Origin: a virus
Taxonomy: Duplodnaviria > Caudoviricetes
Reading direction: 5' to 3' (one strand)
DNA: 59,648 bases
IMG/VR virus record: IMGVR_UViG_3300037264_000296
Coordinates: 1 to 59,648 of that record
Shown here one piece after another: positions 1-12,400 of this stretch. The position numbers and the translations under genes are program-made. Below the pieces are notes generated by a model. The model was given only the letters and a program-made list of their open reading frames with translations, had not been told where the DNA came from and did no database searches. Position 1 is the stretch's first letter; the number at the start of each line of letters is the position of its first letter.

Positions 1-749
1 TAGATATGCATGTTCATCGTGAGATGATTTTTGGTGCAAACGAGTTGTGTGAAGATATGTTGCAAATGGATATTCTTGCATCTGCTGGTGTTATTCGTTA
101 TGGTGGTTCTGCTACAAGTAAAGCTACTATTTCAGGTGAAACTGGTTCAGTATCTGCTGTTACTTATGATGACTTTGTAGCATTAGCATTATCTTTGGAT
201 ACTAACCGTTGTCCAATGAATACTACTGTAATCACTGGAGATAGAATGGAAGATACTCTTACCATTAATGCTGCTAGATTTATGTATGTATCTCCTGCTT
301 TAGTACCTACTCTGAAACGTATGGTTGATAACTTTGGTAATCAAGCATTGATTGAAGCTCGTCATTACGGTGGTCAAACTACTATTATGAAAAATGAGTT
401 AGGTTCTATTGATAACTTCCGTATTATCGTAGTTCAAGAGATGTTATATTGGGCTGGTGAGGGTGCTGCTGTATCAACTAATGCTGGTTATAGAACTACT
501 GCTAACAAATATGATGTATATCCTATGTTGGTAGTTGGCGATAAATCATTTACTACTATTGGTTTTAAAACTGGTGGTAAAGGTTCTAAGTTTGATATTC
601 AGCATCATAAACCAGGTTCTCCTGCTGCTATGGGTATTACTCAAGATCCTTATGGTAAAATTGGTATTGAGTCTATCCAATGGTGGTATGGTTTTATGGT
701 ACTTAGAAGCGAACGTATAGCTCTCATGCTTACTGTAGCAGAGATGTAA
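1..749 (+). CDS. Major capsid protein, C-terminal part (N4 gp56-like), truncated by window start
   Basis: ELGSIDNFRIIVV, KYDVYPMLVVGDKSFTTIGF and DPYGKIGIESIQWWYGFMVLRSERIA resemble the N4-like MCP C-terminus; synteny upstream of vRNAP. Confidence 0.9.
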   Translation, partial: DMHVHREMIFGANELCEDMLQMDILASAGVIRYGGSATSKATISGETGSVSAVTYDDFVALALSLDTNRCPMNTTVITGDRMEDTLTINAARFMYVSPALVPTLKRMVDNFGNQALIEARHYGGQTTIMKNELGSIDNFRIIVVQEMLYWAGEGAAVSTNAGYRTTANKYDVYPMLVVGDKSFTTIGFKTGGKGSKFDIQHHKPGSPAAMGITQDPYGKIGIESIQWWYGFMVLRSERIALMLTVAEM

Positions 750-766
750 GCTGTAAATTGTAAGTC

Positions 767-793
767 AGGGAGTAGGCTATGCTTACTCCCTTT
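767..793 (+). terminator. Intrinsic terminator after capsid gene
   Basis: AGGGAGTAGGC-TAT-GCTTACTCCCT hairpin followed by a short T run. Confidence 0.7.
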
Positions 794-841
794 GCCTATA
801 AATAGAAGTGTTGTCTTCTAAAATAATAATGAGAATATAAA

Positions 842-1363
842 ATGAGTATTAAAACTGAATTAGAATCCCTTAAACAAAAAGCTGATTTAATGGGAGTTTC
901 ATACCATGCTAATATTGGTGTAGAGAAGTTAAAAGCTAAAATTGAATCTTATACGGGTGGTGCAGTAGAAGAAATTGAAGTACCCAAAGGACAAGAAACA
1001 TTAGGACAGAAGAAAGCTAGATTAAGAAAAGAATCTGATATAAGAAGTCTTCAAAAAATAAATTGTTTAAATCCTGCTAAACAATCTTATGATGGTGAGA
1101 TATTTGAAGCAGGTAATAATTTTATTGGTGCTATTAAAGTGTTTGTTCCATTTAATGTAGAATCATGGCATTTACCTAAAATCATTATTGATTTGCTTAA
1201 AGAGAAACTGTATCAACATCATTATGAAGAAACTGTTAATGGTAAAAAAATTAGTAAACGAAAATGGGTTAAAGAGTTTAATGTTGTAGAACTTGAACCA
1301 TTAACTAAAAAAGAACTAGAAGAACTAGCTGCTACTCAAAGAGCTAATCATAGCATTGACTAA
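842..1363 (+). CDS. N4 gp55-like protein
   Basis: LKQKADLMGVSYHANIGVEKLKAKI N-terminus and LEPLTKKELEELAATQ C-terminus; follows MCP. Confidence 0.75.
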   Translation: MSIKTELESLKQKADLMGVSYHANIGVEKLKAKIESYTGGAVEEIEVPKGQETLGQKKARLRKESDIRSLQKINCLNPAKQSYDGEIFEAGNNFIGAIKVFVPFNVESWHLPKIIIDLLKEKLYQHHYEETVNGKKISKRKWVKEFNVVELEPLTKKELEELAATQRANHSID

Positions 1364-1372
1364 GGAATAATT

Positions 1373-2515
1373 ATGGCTCATTTGGATAGACAAGTAGATG
1401 CTGAAGAGGTAATGTGTTTATTTACCCCAATAATGCAAAGTATTGAAGCTAAAATTGACGGACAACTTGTTAGAAATAAAGTTACAGGTAAAGAAGCTGC
1501 TGACATATATCTTAAAGCATTGGGATTGACTTTACATGAAGTTGTACTACTTCTACTTGGTGCTGATCAAAGGAAATTAATTCTAGCTCAAACAGGTAAA
1601 GAGAATGCTGGTACTAATTTAGTTGTTCAGCAAACTGAAAATGCTGCTTTAGATGCGAATAATATCCCTAAACAAGGAGCTATATTAGATCAAGACTTGC
1701 TTAAGTTAATTGGTGAAACAAATCTATTACCTAAGCAAGGAAACTTAATAGATGCACAAGTAAATAAAGAAATTGCAAACACAGCTAATACAACACAACA
1801 AACTTACAACCTTACTTTAGATGCAGTAAACATACCTAAAGAAGGTGTAATTCTGGATCAGAACTTACTTAAACTAGTAGCAGAAACAGTTATCATACCT
1901 AAGCAAGGTAATTTGATTGATGCTCAAGTTGCTAAAGAGAATGCTGGTACATCTTACACCACACAACAAACGTATAATCTTGGCTTAGATGCATTAAATA
2001 CCCCTAAACAAGGTGCTCAAATAGATCAACAAACTGCTAAATTATTAGGTGAAACTAATTTAATCCCTAAACAGTCTGAATTAATGGATGCTCAAATAGT
2101 TAAGTTATTAAGAGAGAATGAAAATCTTATTTGGCAAGAAAGATTATTAGAATTACAAGGAGATAATTTAGTTATTGAAGGAACTAACTTAGGTAAACAA
2201 ACCGAGTTAATTACTGAGCAAATTAAAGCTATGAAAGAAGATGTCGCTGGGAAAGCAATGGATGTTAAAGTTAAAGGTACTCAAGCCGAGCTGAATAGAG
2301 CACAAGCTTATAAAGTAGCTGCTGAACAAGCTGCTATGAAAGGTAGAGCTTTTGCGGAAATACTTTCTATTATGGTTGGTTCATGGAATACTGCTATAGC
2401 ACATTCATTAGATTTAGAATCTGCATTTGATGAAAGTGCTATAGGTTCTGCTGCTACTGATGCTCTTACTGCGATTAATGATTATAATGAAATTGTTACA
2501 TTCACTTCACCATAA
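1373..2515 (+). CDS. Structural protein (N4 gp54-like) with internal coiled-coil repeats
   Basis: KVTGKEAADIYL N-terminal motif; synteny; three 56-aa repeats. Confidence 0.65.
   Translation: MAHLDRQVDAEEVMCLFTPIMQSIEAKIDGQLVRNKVTGKEAADIYLKALGLTLHEVVLLLLGADQRKLILAQTGKENAGTNLVVQQTENAALDANNIPKQGAILDQDLLKLIGETNLLPKQGNLIDAQVNKEIANTANTTQQTYNLTLDAVNIPKEGVILDQNLLKLVAETVIIPKQGNLIDAQVAKENAGTSYTTQQTYNLGLDALNTPKQGAQIDQQTAKLLGETNLIPKQSELMDAQIVKLLRENENLIWQERLLELQGDNLVIEGTNLGKQTELITEQIKAMKEDVAGKAMDVKVKGTQAELNRAQAYKVAAEQAAMKGRAFAEILSIMVGSWNTAIAHSLDLESAFDESAIGSAATDALTAINDYNEIVTFTSP
1586..2089 (+). repeat. Three tandem ~168-nt (56-aa) coding repeats
   Basis: AQxxKExAxT...QQTxNxxLDAxNxPKxG...PKQ...D repeated three times. 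Confidence 0.85.
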
Positions 2516-4629
2516 TGCCTTATTACGAAGATGTATATCCGTTAAGTAAATTAACTGGAATCAACTTATGCAATAATGTAAGAGATCCATGGAAGGATGC
2601 TTTACTTAAAAATACTAATGGCTTTGATGTTACAGAATCATTAATTCATGCAGCTAATACTAGATATGGGTTCAAAGTAGAAAGAACTAAAGAAATTGCT
2701 AAAGCTAAATTATTAGGTGGATTATTTAAATCTTACTATAAATCTACTAATATAAATAAGACTATATTATTAGAAGAATTAGAACAATATACTAGAGCCA
2801 AACAAAGTAATGTTTTAGTGGAATTTGCTACTTTAAAAGATATTGCTCAAGAAAATTACAATAATAATCCAACTACACCTAATGAAATCTTACTAGATGC
2901 TGCTACAGCAAAAGTTAATGCTCAAATAGCATTTATGGCTTTACCTGTAGTTTCAAGAATTACTTCTATACAATTATGTAAACCGTACTCTTCATTTTAT
3001 GTAGCTAGGCATACTTTAAATAAGTATGGTCATGCTGTATTTTATGGTTTTAATAAACCTTATAATGGATTACAGTATTCTTCTCACGCTATTAATGTAG
3101 TAGATTCTACTAAAGTATTAATTTACTATAATACTTTTGAAGAAGAAATCACTATTCCTTCTACAGAAGATTTTCATGTAATTTATGAAGTACAAAATGC
3201 TGTAGGTAACTATGTTCCAGTTTACATTACGTCTGAAGATAGTACTTATTTACAATCATTACTTGGTTTAACTCCTTTAGATATAGAGTTTCATCCTAGT
3301 CAAGGTATTAAACAAAGAGGATTAACTGTAAGAGATTTACCTAATGATCCTGCTAATATTTTAATAGAAGAATTATTAAGAAATTTATATATTAGTGTTT
3401 ATACTTTAACTGATGAGTTTACTAAACATAACTCTAACAATATAAAAGAAATATACTTTACTCAAGGTATTGCTCTAAATACTAAAGAACACGCTTCTAT
3501 TCATTATTTATATGAATTTTTTAAATGGGCAAATTCTTTATCTACAATAACTAAAGAAGTTTTTGATGCGTATAAGAACGATCAAACTAACTCATATTTA
3601 ACTAACCCCTATACTCAATTATTAGAAAATATTATCAGTATAAAGAGTTTTGATTATGAATCACAGATAATATTTAATTTTATTGACTCAGAAACTATTG
3701 ATGGTGTACTAGGTAGGATAGGATTTGCTAAAACTGAAATTATTGAAGGTACTAAAGTAGAAGTTAAGTACAATAATATTAATCAGCAGATTAGTCAGAA
3801 TTTAAATTTAGGTGGATCTCCTGGAAGTAATTCATTTGAATTTGGAGTGCATGGTGATTCTATATATTATGATACTTCTGTGTTAGAGATATTCTTACAA
3901 ACCAGTAAAAAACAATATACTAAGCTATCTATTCATGGTTTAAAACTTAAGAATATACTTAGACCAGGTATTACATTAAGACCTGTTAAAGATCTTATAT
4001 GGGGAATAGACCTTTATAATACTGAAAATATTGATCCAGATGCTGTATATCAAAAACAACAGAATACATGTATAACTGCTTTATTAGATGATTTATCTGG
4101 ATTTATAATTCCTTTATTTGATCATAAAATAAGAACTAATAGTTACTTTTATAATTCAATATATAACATAAGAGTAGTTGAAAGAGTGTATTATGATAGT
4201 CTTAATATTGCTATATTTGCTGAATTTGAGGATAAACAAATAGATCCTTATCTAGTAGAAACACCTGATCCTTGGATAGCTAAAGTAGACAGAGAAGCTA
4301 AATTAAAAGAATATTTATCTTTCTATACTGATTTAGAAACTGATGAATATAAGCAGTTTAAAGATGATATAACAGTGGCTGTTAATGTAGCAGCATACAG
4401 GGTAATACCAAGAAAAAAAAGTGATGGTACTGAACCAGTATTTCTCAAGAATCAAGCTAGAATAAGTAAAGAGATAGTAATGCTTACTCAAGGTAATAAA
4501 TCTAATCTTTATAACGATAGAGATAGTCACACTAATAATGCTCTTACTGGAGTATATAAACCAAAAGTATTTATAGAACCTTTTATTAACATAGGTGATA
4601 AATACAAAAAACCAATGTTTAATAACTAA
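2515..4629 (+). CDS. Structural protein (N4 gp53-like)
   Basis: 704 aa; GIALNTKEHASIHYLYEFF resembles gp53-like proteins; synteny. Confidence 0.55.
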   Translation: MPYYEDVYPLSKLTGINLCNNVRDPWKDALLKNTNGFDVTESLIHAANTRYGFKVERTKEIAKAKLLGGLFKSYYKSTNINKTILLEELEQYTRAKQSNVLVEFATLKDIAQENYNNNPTTPNEILLDAATAKVNAQIAFMALPVVSRITSIQLCKPYSSFYVARHTLNKYGHAVFYGFNKPYNGLQYSSHAINVVDSTKVLIYYNTFEEEITIPSTEDFHVIYEVQNAVGNYVPVYITSEDSTYLQSLLGLTPLDIEFHPSQGIKQRGLTVRDLPNDPANILIEELLRNLYISVYTLTDEFTKHNSNNIKEIYFTQGIALNTKEHASIHYLYEFFKWANSLSTITKEVFDAYKNDQTNSYLTNPYTQLLENIISIKSFDYESQIIFNFIDSETIDGVLGRIGFAKTEIIEGTKVEVKYNNINQQISQNLNLGGSPGSNSFEFGVHGDSIYYDTSVLEIFLQTSKKQYTKLSIHGLKLKNILRPGITLRPVKDLIWGIDLYNTENIDPDAVYQKQQNTCITALLDDLSGFIIPLFDHKIRTNSYFYNSIYNIRVVERVYYDSLNIAIFAEFEDKQIDPYLVETPDPWIAKVDREAKLKEYLSFYTDLETDEYKQFKDDITVAVNVAAYRVIPRKKSDGTEPVFLKNQARISKEIVMLTQGNKSNLYNDRDSHTNNALTGVYKPKVFIEPFINIGDKYKKPMFNN

Positions 4630-4643
4630 TTAAGGAATTTATT

Positions 4644-5444
4644 ATGGCTTATTCAAAGCAGTATTTAGATCAGATCAAACAATTTGGGTTTACAGATCCA
4701 AACGAGTATAAAAATGCATTTAATTCTTTGCGTGAACAAAAGATAGCTAATGCTACAAATGGATCTCAAATGAATCCGTTTAGTAAAGATTTTAGTGTAT
4801 CAAATAATCAATTAAGTATTCACAATAATCCAATGGATTTTATGGGTAGTTTTGCTCCTAAAGAAGCTCCACCAATTGATATGAATAATCCTTTTGGTTC
4901 TAATCAAAATACAGAAGTACAAGCTCCTATATTAAAACCTGCTAATAATCCTGATGATGGTAAAAGTAATTTTATACAACAGTATTTAGAACAATCTGCT
5001 AATAATGCTATGGGAATGCAAGGAGCTAATTCACAGAATGCTGCTATTGATTATAACAACAGATTAACAGCAGGTATTGCTAGAGGAGCTAATTCAAGAA
5101 GTAAAGGTAGTTTTACTCCTGAATATCAAAAAGCTGTAGCATATACTCCACAGTCAATGAATTTTGGTAATCAACAATCTATGTCTCCTATGAGTTTTGG
5201 TAATACTCCTATGGAAGGAGTGCCTAGAGGAGGAACTATTAATGGTGTCCCTGTAGTTGATAACCAAGGAGCTAGATTAAATGTAAGTATGGATTCTTTA
5301 AGACAAGCAGGTACAAATTTACAAGCTAATAACCAGTTTGTAGATATGAATAACAAGATTCAAACTAAATCAAATCCTCTAGGATTTACTGCTAACAATC
5401 CTAACTACAAGCAGTTAGATAACTTAATACGTATGGGATATTAA
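4644..5444 (+). CDS. Putative internal virion/ejection protein, N/Q/M-rich
   Basis: 266 aa, no Cys seen, AAGGA RBS, upstream of vRNAP. Confidence 0.5.
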   Translation: MAYSKQYLDQIKQFGFTDPNEYKNAFNSLREQKIANATNGSQMNPFSKDFSVSNNQLSIHNNPMDFMGSFAPKEAPPIDMNNPFGSNQNTEVQAPILKPANNPDDGKSNFIQQYLEQSANNAMGMQGANSQNAAIDYNNRLTAGIARGANSRSKGSFTPEYQKAVAYTPQSMNFGNQQSMSPMSFGNTPMEGVPRGGTINGVPVVDNQGARLNVSMDSLRQAGTNLQANNQFVDMNNKIQTKSNPLGFTANNPNYKQLDNLIRMGY

Positions 5445-5446
5445 TT

Positions 5447-6409
5447 ATGGACTTTGGATATAATCAAGTACAAGCAGCTAACTTAGCTCCTTATTTAGAG
5501 ATGATGCAGAAGCAACAACAACAACCTATGATAGATGCTTTGAATAGACAAAAGCTTCAAGAAGGTATGTTGAATATGGGTTCATTAGAGTATAAAGCTA
5601 GAAAAGAGCAACAAGATGAATCTGATAGAAAGAATGCTTTAGCAACATTACAAAACTATATAGTAGATAAACCATCTTTAAATGGTAAATTTTACGATGA
5701 TAACGGTAAACCAATTACTGCTGATACTCCTGGGATGGAATTAAGAAAATCTTTAGATAAAGGTGGATATACAACTGAAGGAATTAAACAAGGGTATGAT
5801 CCAAGAATTCTTGCTGAGATAATGAAAGGAGTTGGTGATGCTTCTGGAATGAATATGGAAGAGAAACAAGGTAATGTTTTAGAGACTTTACTAATGAAAC
5901 AAATGGCAAATGGTAACAAGTCTGATTTAGCAGAAGAAAAACTTAAACGTATGATGACTAAAGATCCTTTAAAAGATGCTGAAGCTGCTACATTAGGAGT
6001 ATCTACTGATTGGATTGGTACAGCAGATAGAGATGCTGCTAAACAACAAGTATATGAACAATTATTATCTGCTCAAGATAATCCTGATAGATATAAGCAA
6101 GTACAACAGTCTGCTGTAGGAGCTATACAAAAACCAGCAGAAACTTTAGATTATTTATTTGCTGGTTTAGATGCTGCTGGATTAGCTGCAAGTATTCCTT
6201 CAGGCGGTACAAGTGCTGTAGGAGCACAAGGAGCTAAGAAAGGACTATTAGCTGCATTAAAAACTCCTACAGGAAAAAAGATTGCACAAGGTTTAGGATT
6301 AGGAAGTGTTGTAGGGCAATTAAATAGAAGTGATTATGGCTCAGTATTTGGAGATAAAGATTTTAATAGTGAAAAATTTATAAAAGCTTTAACAGCAAAC
6401 CAAGAATAA
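5447..6409 (+). CDS. Putative internal virion/ejection protein
   Basis: 320 aa, no Cys seen, Gly/Ala-rich hydrophobic C-terminal segment; immediately upstream of vRNAP. Confidence 0.5.
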   Translation: MDFGYNQVQAANLAPYLEMMQKQQQQPMIDALNRQKLQEGMLNMGSLEYKARKEQQDESDRKNALATLQNYIVDKPSLNGKFYDDNGKPITADTPGMELRKSLDKGGYTTEGIKQGYDPRILAEIMKGVGDASGMNMEEKQGNVLETLLMKQMANGNKSDLAEEKLKRMMTKDPLKDAEAATLGVSTDWIGTADRDAAKQQVYEQLLSAQDNPDRYKQVQQSAVGAIQKPAETLDYLFAGLDAAGLAASIPSGGTSAVGAQGAKKGLLAALKTPTGKKIAQGLGLGSVVGQLNRSDYGSVFGDKDFNSEKFIKALTANQE

Positions 6410-6447
6410 TCAGATATACTAAGTAAAACCACTATTAAGGACTAAAT

Positions 6448-9400
6448 ATGCCATCTTTACTATCAGATAATCCATTATTATCATTCAATTCATTATTACC
6501 AGATGATGCTTCTAATAAAGCTAATGAACTGTTAGATAAGCTTAACCAAAAGAAAGTAGCTTTAGGTAAGCAATATGTTGACTATGATAATCTTGAAGTA
6601 GTTGATGGTGATACTGTACATAAGAAAGATACAGGTGAACAGTTTAGACTACAGTTTGATAAGTCAGGTTATTCAATAGATCCTTATGAAACTAATCATG
6701 GGGATATATTTACTGCTAAAGAAGATACTCAAAAGAAATTAGCAAGACAAAGACAGTATTTATTAGAACAAACTAATAAAGATAAATGGTTTGATTTTAC
6801 TAAAGCTAACCCAGAAGATATTACTAATGAAATGATCTTTGCTAAAGGGGAAGAAGCTAAACAAAGATTAAATAATGCTCTAAAAGGTAAGAAAGGTATT
6901 GAGTTAAATACTTGGGGTGAAGATATATTTCATAGAGGATTAACTGATATTAGATTAGATGGTTCACAGGATAGTTTATTAAGTGAAATTAATACCCCTG
7001 AATTAAATACAGGATATAACCAGAAATATAACTCAATTCAAAAACTTAAAGATAGTTTAAATAAAAATGCTGTAATGCAAGATGTAGGAGATATAGCTAC
7101 TAACATTGCAAGTAGAACTGTTGGTTTAACTGGTTTACCTGCTGAATTAATTGATATGGGTTCTGGTGCTGTAACAGCTATTGCTAACAAGTTAGGAGCT
7201 GATTTAAATGAACCGTTATCTTATACAAAAGCATTAGCTGATGGGGTAGAGATTCCCTTTACAGATGGATTTAGAGTAGGATTTGATCCTAATAGAGCAG
7301 CTAAAACTATTAAAGAAACACTGCAAAGTAATGAAGCTGTTGCTAATGAAGTTGAATATGCTAAACGTAAAGCTGATGCTATAAGAACTAAAGGGGATGA
7401 ATTATCTTTTGGTGAAGAGTTTGGTTTATCAATGAAGTTTATGGGAGATCATCCTAAGTATGCTATTGATGCTGTTGCTGAAAGTATTCCTGACTTCTTC
7501 TTAATGGGAGCAGCAGCTAAAAGAGTTGCTGGTAAAGTAGCTGAAACAGCTCTTAAAGAAGCTGGTTTAACTATTACTGATGTAGGTGCTAAAGATGTAT
7601 TAGCTACTGCATATAAAGCTAACAAAGGTAGAATATTAGGAGCTAGTGCATTATCAGAAGGTATTATATCTGCTGGTTCAGATTATCAAGGATTAATAGA
7701 TGAAGGTGTTAAATCAACTAAAGCAGCATTACCTTCTATTGCAGCAGGTGCAGCAGTTAGTTTAATTAATCTTGGTTTGGGGCATTCTCCTTTAGGTGAT
7801 GCTATTACTAAGTTTGTAACTAAAGATGCTTCTAATGCAGCTAAAGAAACTCTTAAAGGAGCACTAACTAAAACATTAGTATCTGTTGGAAGTGAGAGTA
7901 TTGAAGAAGGATTACAATCTCCAGCAGAAACTATTCTTACTAACGTAGCTAGAGAGAAAGCTAATTTATTAGAAGGAGCAGGATATTCTGCTGCTGAAGG
8001 TACTGTTTCTGGAGGTATATTAGGTGGAGGAATGACTGCATCACATACTTCATTAGATGCTCTTAAATCATCTTTAAATGCTCGTAGAGAAGCAAAACAA
8101 GAAGAGTTAGCTAAAGCTACAGCTAATCCAATGAAAGATGCTACAGATGCTTTAAATTCATATAACAGTGTAGATACTCCTTCACCTGAAATGAATGATT
8201 CATTAGTTAAAGCAGCTACTGATTTAGGTATTGATATTAAAGATAAACCAATAAATGAAATACATGATGAAGTAACTAAAGCTACTAAATATTCTTCTGT
8301 AGAGGATTATCAAGCTATTAAAGGAATGGATAGTGATACTGATTTAAATGAACATATTACTAAAGTAGTTGGTTCTAAAGTATCAAATGATGTTCAGATA
8401 GATGTATTAGAACAATTACAAAAGAAAGATCCTACAAGTTTTGAAACTCGTAAAGAAGAACTACAACCTAAATTAGATAAATTATATCAACAATCTACTA
8501 CTAAAGATGATCCTAATTTAATTGCAGATAATATTCATACAAGTAAGTTATCTCCATTAGCTACTGCTAGTATTCAAGCAATAGATAAAGAAGCTAATAA
8601 GCTTACATCTAAAGATCCTGAAGTAATATCTAAAATTGAACCAACATTATTATTAGAGCATACTGCTAGGATTGTTAATGAAGCAGGTAAAGTAGATCTA
8701 AAAGACACTACTACTAAAGAAGAATATAGAAATGCTGTAAATGTGTCTTTAAATGGGTATTGGGTTGTTGCTGCTAGTACAGGTAATATAACTGAAGAGA
8801 AAGCTCAAGAACATCTTAATAGAGTTCAACGTACATTAGCTAATTTAGAAAGTCACATAGTAAACAATACTGATATGACTAATAAGGAAGATATTAATTT
8901 ATTAATTAAAAGTAATTATGGTTCAGTAGCTCCTGAAGAATTAACCCCTGAAAATAAGAAATCTGTTCCTACTGAAGATTTAATAAAAGCAAGTAAAGAT
9001 ACCACTGATAAAATTAAAGCTGCTAGAGCTACTACTACATTGAAATTAAGAGGTGTTTATTCGCAATTAGAAGATAAGCTTAAAAAAGTTCCTGGAATAT
9101 TTAATCAAGTAATTAAAGAAGTATTTGAGGGTACTGGTGATAAACCTGCTATTAAAGAACATCAATTACTTATTATGGCAGCAATGGATAGTGATAAACT
9201 AAGCTCTAAAGCTGCTACTAAAACTGCTTTAAATGATTTTGGTAAATGGATTAATTATCATTCTGAGAAACAAATAGAATTAACTAAAGTAAATCAAGCA
9301 ATTATTAAACATGGTGTTGATTCACAGCAAGCTATAGATGCTTTAGTTGATTTAAATACTTGGGCTAAATCTAAAAATGTAGTAGATATTGAAGGTAATG

Positions 9401-12400
9401 CTAGAGAATATAAAATCTCTAAAAAGAATGGTAAATTAAAATTTGGTAATTTAACTGAACAAGTTACTTTAGAAGCTAAAGCTATGCAAATAGCTTTTCA
9501 TGCTTTAAAAGATGAAGCTAGTGCTAAGTTTGGTAAAGAAGATTTACCTGATGCTATGAGTCATTTACTTGATACTGAAGTAGTTACTACTCCTGTAGTA
9601 TCAGAAGAAGATAATTCTACTGTACAAACTGAAGAGGATTTAGCTAATAGATTTAATGAAGAACAACCTTCTAATACTACTGAACCAAGCAACCCAAATA
9701 AAAATAAGGATAAGTTTACCCCAACACACACTTTAACGAACTCCAAAGGTACTAGAACTATTGTTGTACAAGAAATTAAAGATGATTACTTAAATACTGT
9801 ATGGCGTACTGAAGATGGTGGAAACATACATAATATTGAAAATTGGATTGGAGATGGTTGGGTTATTTCAAAAATTAAAACTGAAACTAAATCTAAAGAA
9901 GAGTCTATCTTTTCTAAATTAAAAAAAGAACTTGCTGGTTTAAAAGCATACATTCTTGTAGATATTTTATCTGGATTAAAGACATTCAAAGCTATATATA
10001 GAGGAGAAAGAGTTTCATTACTAGATTTAGAAAATGAAATTTTACGTTTAAGAAAAAAAGCTAATAAAGGGGAATTAACTAAACAAGATTTAATTAATAC
10101 ATACATTTTATGGGTTACAGATACTAGAATACAAATGAGTATATCTGAAGAATCTGTAAAAAATAATCAACAATTATATGTTGATATGCTTGATGAAATA
10201 GTATCTTCATTAAAAGAATCAGATTTTGCATCTGATACTGAAGTAGAAATTATAAATGTACAGGAACAAATTTCAGCAAATGAAAGCTTTGGTAAACAAA
10301 CAAACACTGCTGAAGAAGTAGAATTGTATGTAAAAACAAAAGAAGAATTAAAAAATAAATTAGCTAGTTTAAAAGAAAAACTTACTTTAGAAACATCAAC
10401 AGAAGAAGTAACACCTACTGAAGAAGCTAAACCAGTAGAAGATAATTCTACTGTTACAGAAGAAACTACTCAATCAGAACAAGATACATTACAAGATGAA
10501 TCTGAAATACCTCCTATAACTGATGAAGAATTTCAGTCTATGTATGATTCATATCAAGAAGAAATACAAGATGAAGAGTCTAATGTAGAACCATTAACAG
10601 CGAAGCAACTGCAAAGTATATTTAATAATATCATTGGTTTAATTAAAGCAAATAAAATAGCTACAACTAATCCAATTGAAATGGCTAGTAAGATTCTTAC
10701 ACACTTATTTAAAACAGATTTATCTCTATCAGATGTTAAAGATAAGATGGAGAATTACATTCTTCCAGGTATTAATGACAAAACTATTAAAGATAACACT
10801 AATAAAGATTATTTGTTTGGTTTAGAACTTGGTAGAGAAGAAGCTAATAATAAATTCTTAGAATGGCAAGACAAAAGACTTAATGAATTAGCTAATGCTA
10901 AAACTGATACTCAAGAAGCTAATCCTGATGTTAATCCTGAATTCTTTAAAGAAAAATTAAATAGTAAAGGTGGTAAATTCAGATTATTTTTTACAATAAA
11001 AGGAAGTAAAAAATATATTCCTTTTATAAAAGTAGAATCACCTATTAAAAATGTAACAAATCTTGTGCCATTAGAAACTGTTGTAGATTCTAAAAATAAA
11101 GAATTACCTATTAAATATTATTTATTTAATAAATTTGTCAATACAGCAGGTGTAGGAAGACTTTATTCTAAAGCCCTTGGTTTACTAAAAGATTCTACTA
11201 AAGAAACAGTATTTACTAAGTACCCAGACTTATTTAGAAACTTAGAGAATAATGTTCATATTATTAGTCAACTTAAATCTATTGAAGGTAAAGTTGCTAT
11301 AGATACTATTGCTGAGTTTGTAGAACAATTTCATAATGAATATGTTAAAGCTAATACCAAAATATCAGACACTATTGATAGAAAGAAATTTACTTCTGAA
11401 GTAGGTAAAAAGTTTAGTAAAGATATTCAAGCACAGTTAGCAGTATTTAACAAAGATAATTCAGAAGTAGATTTAAATGTAGAAGCTTTGCTTAAACACT
11501 TTGAAGGTAATTCTGATGTAACAAGATTTATAAATAAATTTGCTAAAGTATTATTGAATGTAGAATCTAATCCTTCATTACTTTTACATAATGATGATGA
11601 AGTAATAGATAGAAATATCACTGCTCAATTAGCATTACATGCTTTAAGTTGGATGATTAATACAGGAACTAAAACTCTCTATACTGAAAGAGAAATGACT
11701 CTTCACATGCTTGGTAAAGAAGAAGCTACTGCTCCAAGTGATGAAGCTATGGCTGCATTATCTACTATGGGATTGGTAAGAGGTTATGTAGCTAATCAAA
11801 TGTCAGGCTCTATTGTTAATTATATGGGTTTTAAACCAAATGATTATATTCCTAAAGAGATGTTTCCTAAGTTTGAAACAGCATTAGGATTAAGTGCTAT
11901 TGATACTTTAGAGAGAATGGGTTATGTAGAATATAAAGGTATTCCACAAGCTTCTATGAATGCATTTATGACTGGAGAAGATACTGTCAGTAGAGGTTAC
12001 ACAAGTGAATCTTCTATATTAAAAGATGCAACTATATTTGTAAGAATTAAATCTGATTTAGCTAAAAACAATGAACCAATATTAGTTAAACATGTAAGAG
12101 AGTTGTTTGATAAAGTTAGACCAGGTAATAAAGAAATACAAGATATATTCAGTATTGAATTAGTTGAAACAGAATATTCTGCTACTCCTTGGGAAAGATC
12201 TAAGTTATTACAGATGCTTGGAGAAAGAAATGGAATACTTACATTTGGTAATTCAAGAACTCAGTATGCTAAAGATGATAGAAAAGCTGCATTGAATGGT
12301 GCTAAGTCAGCATTTGACAATAGAACTGCTGCTAATGATTTAGCTAATAAATTAGGCGATGAGTTTCTTAAAGAGATTAATTTTGAAAAGAAATTAGATG

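Noticed and set aside
9786-10106. Antisense ORFs inside vRNAP and structural genes (also 9561, 11427, 4333, 5171, 5692)
   Set aside because: Short shadows of long codon-biased genes
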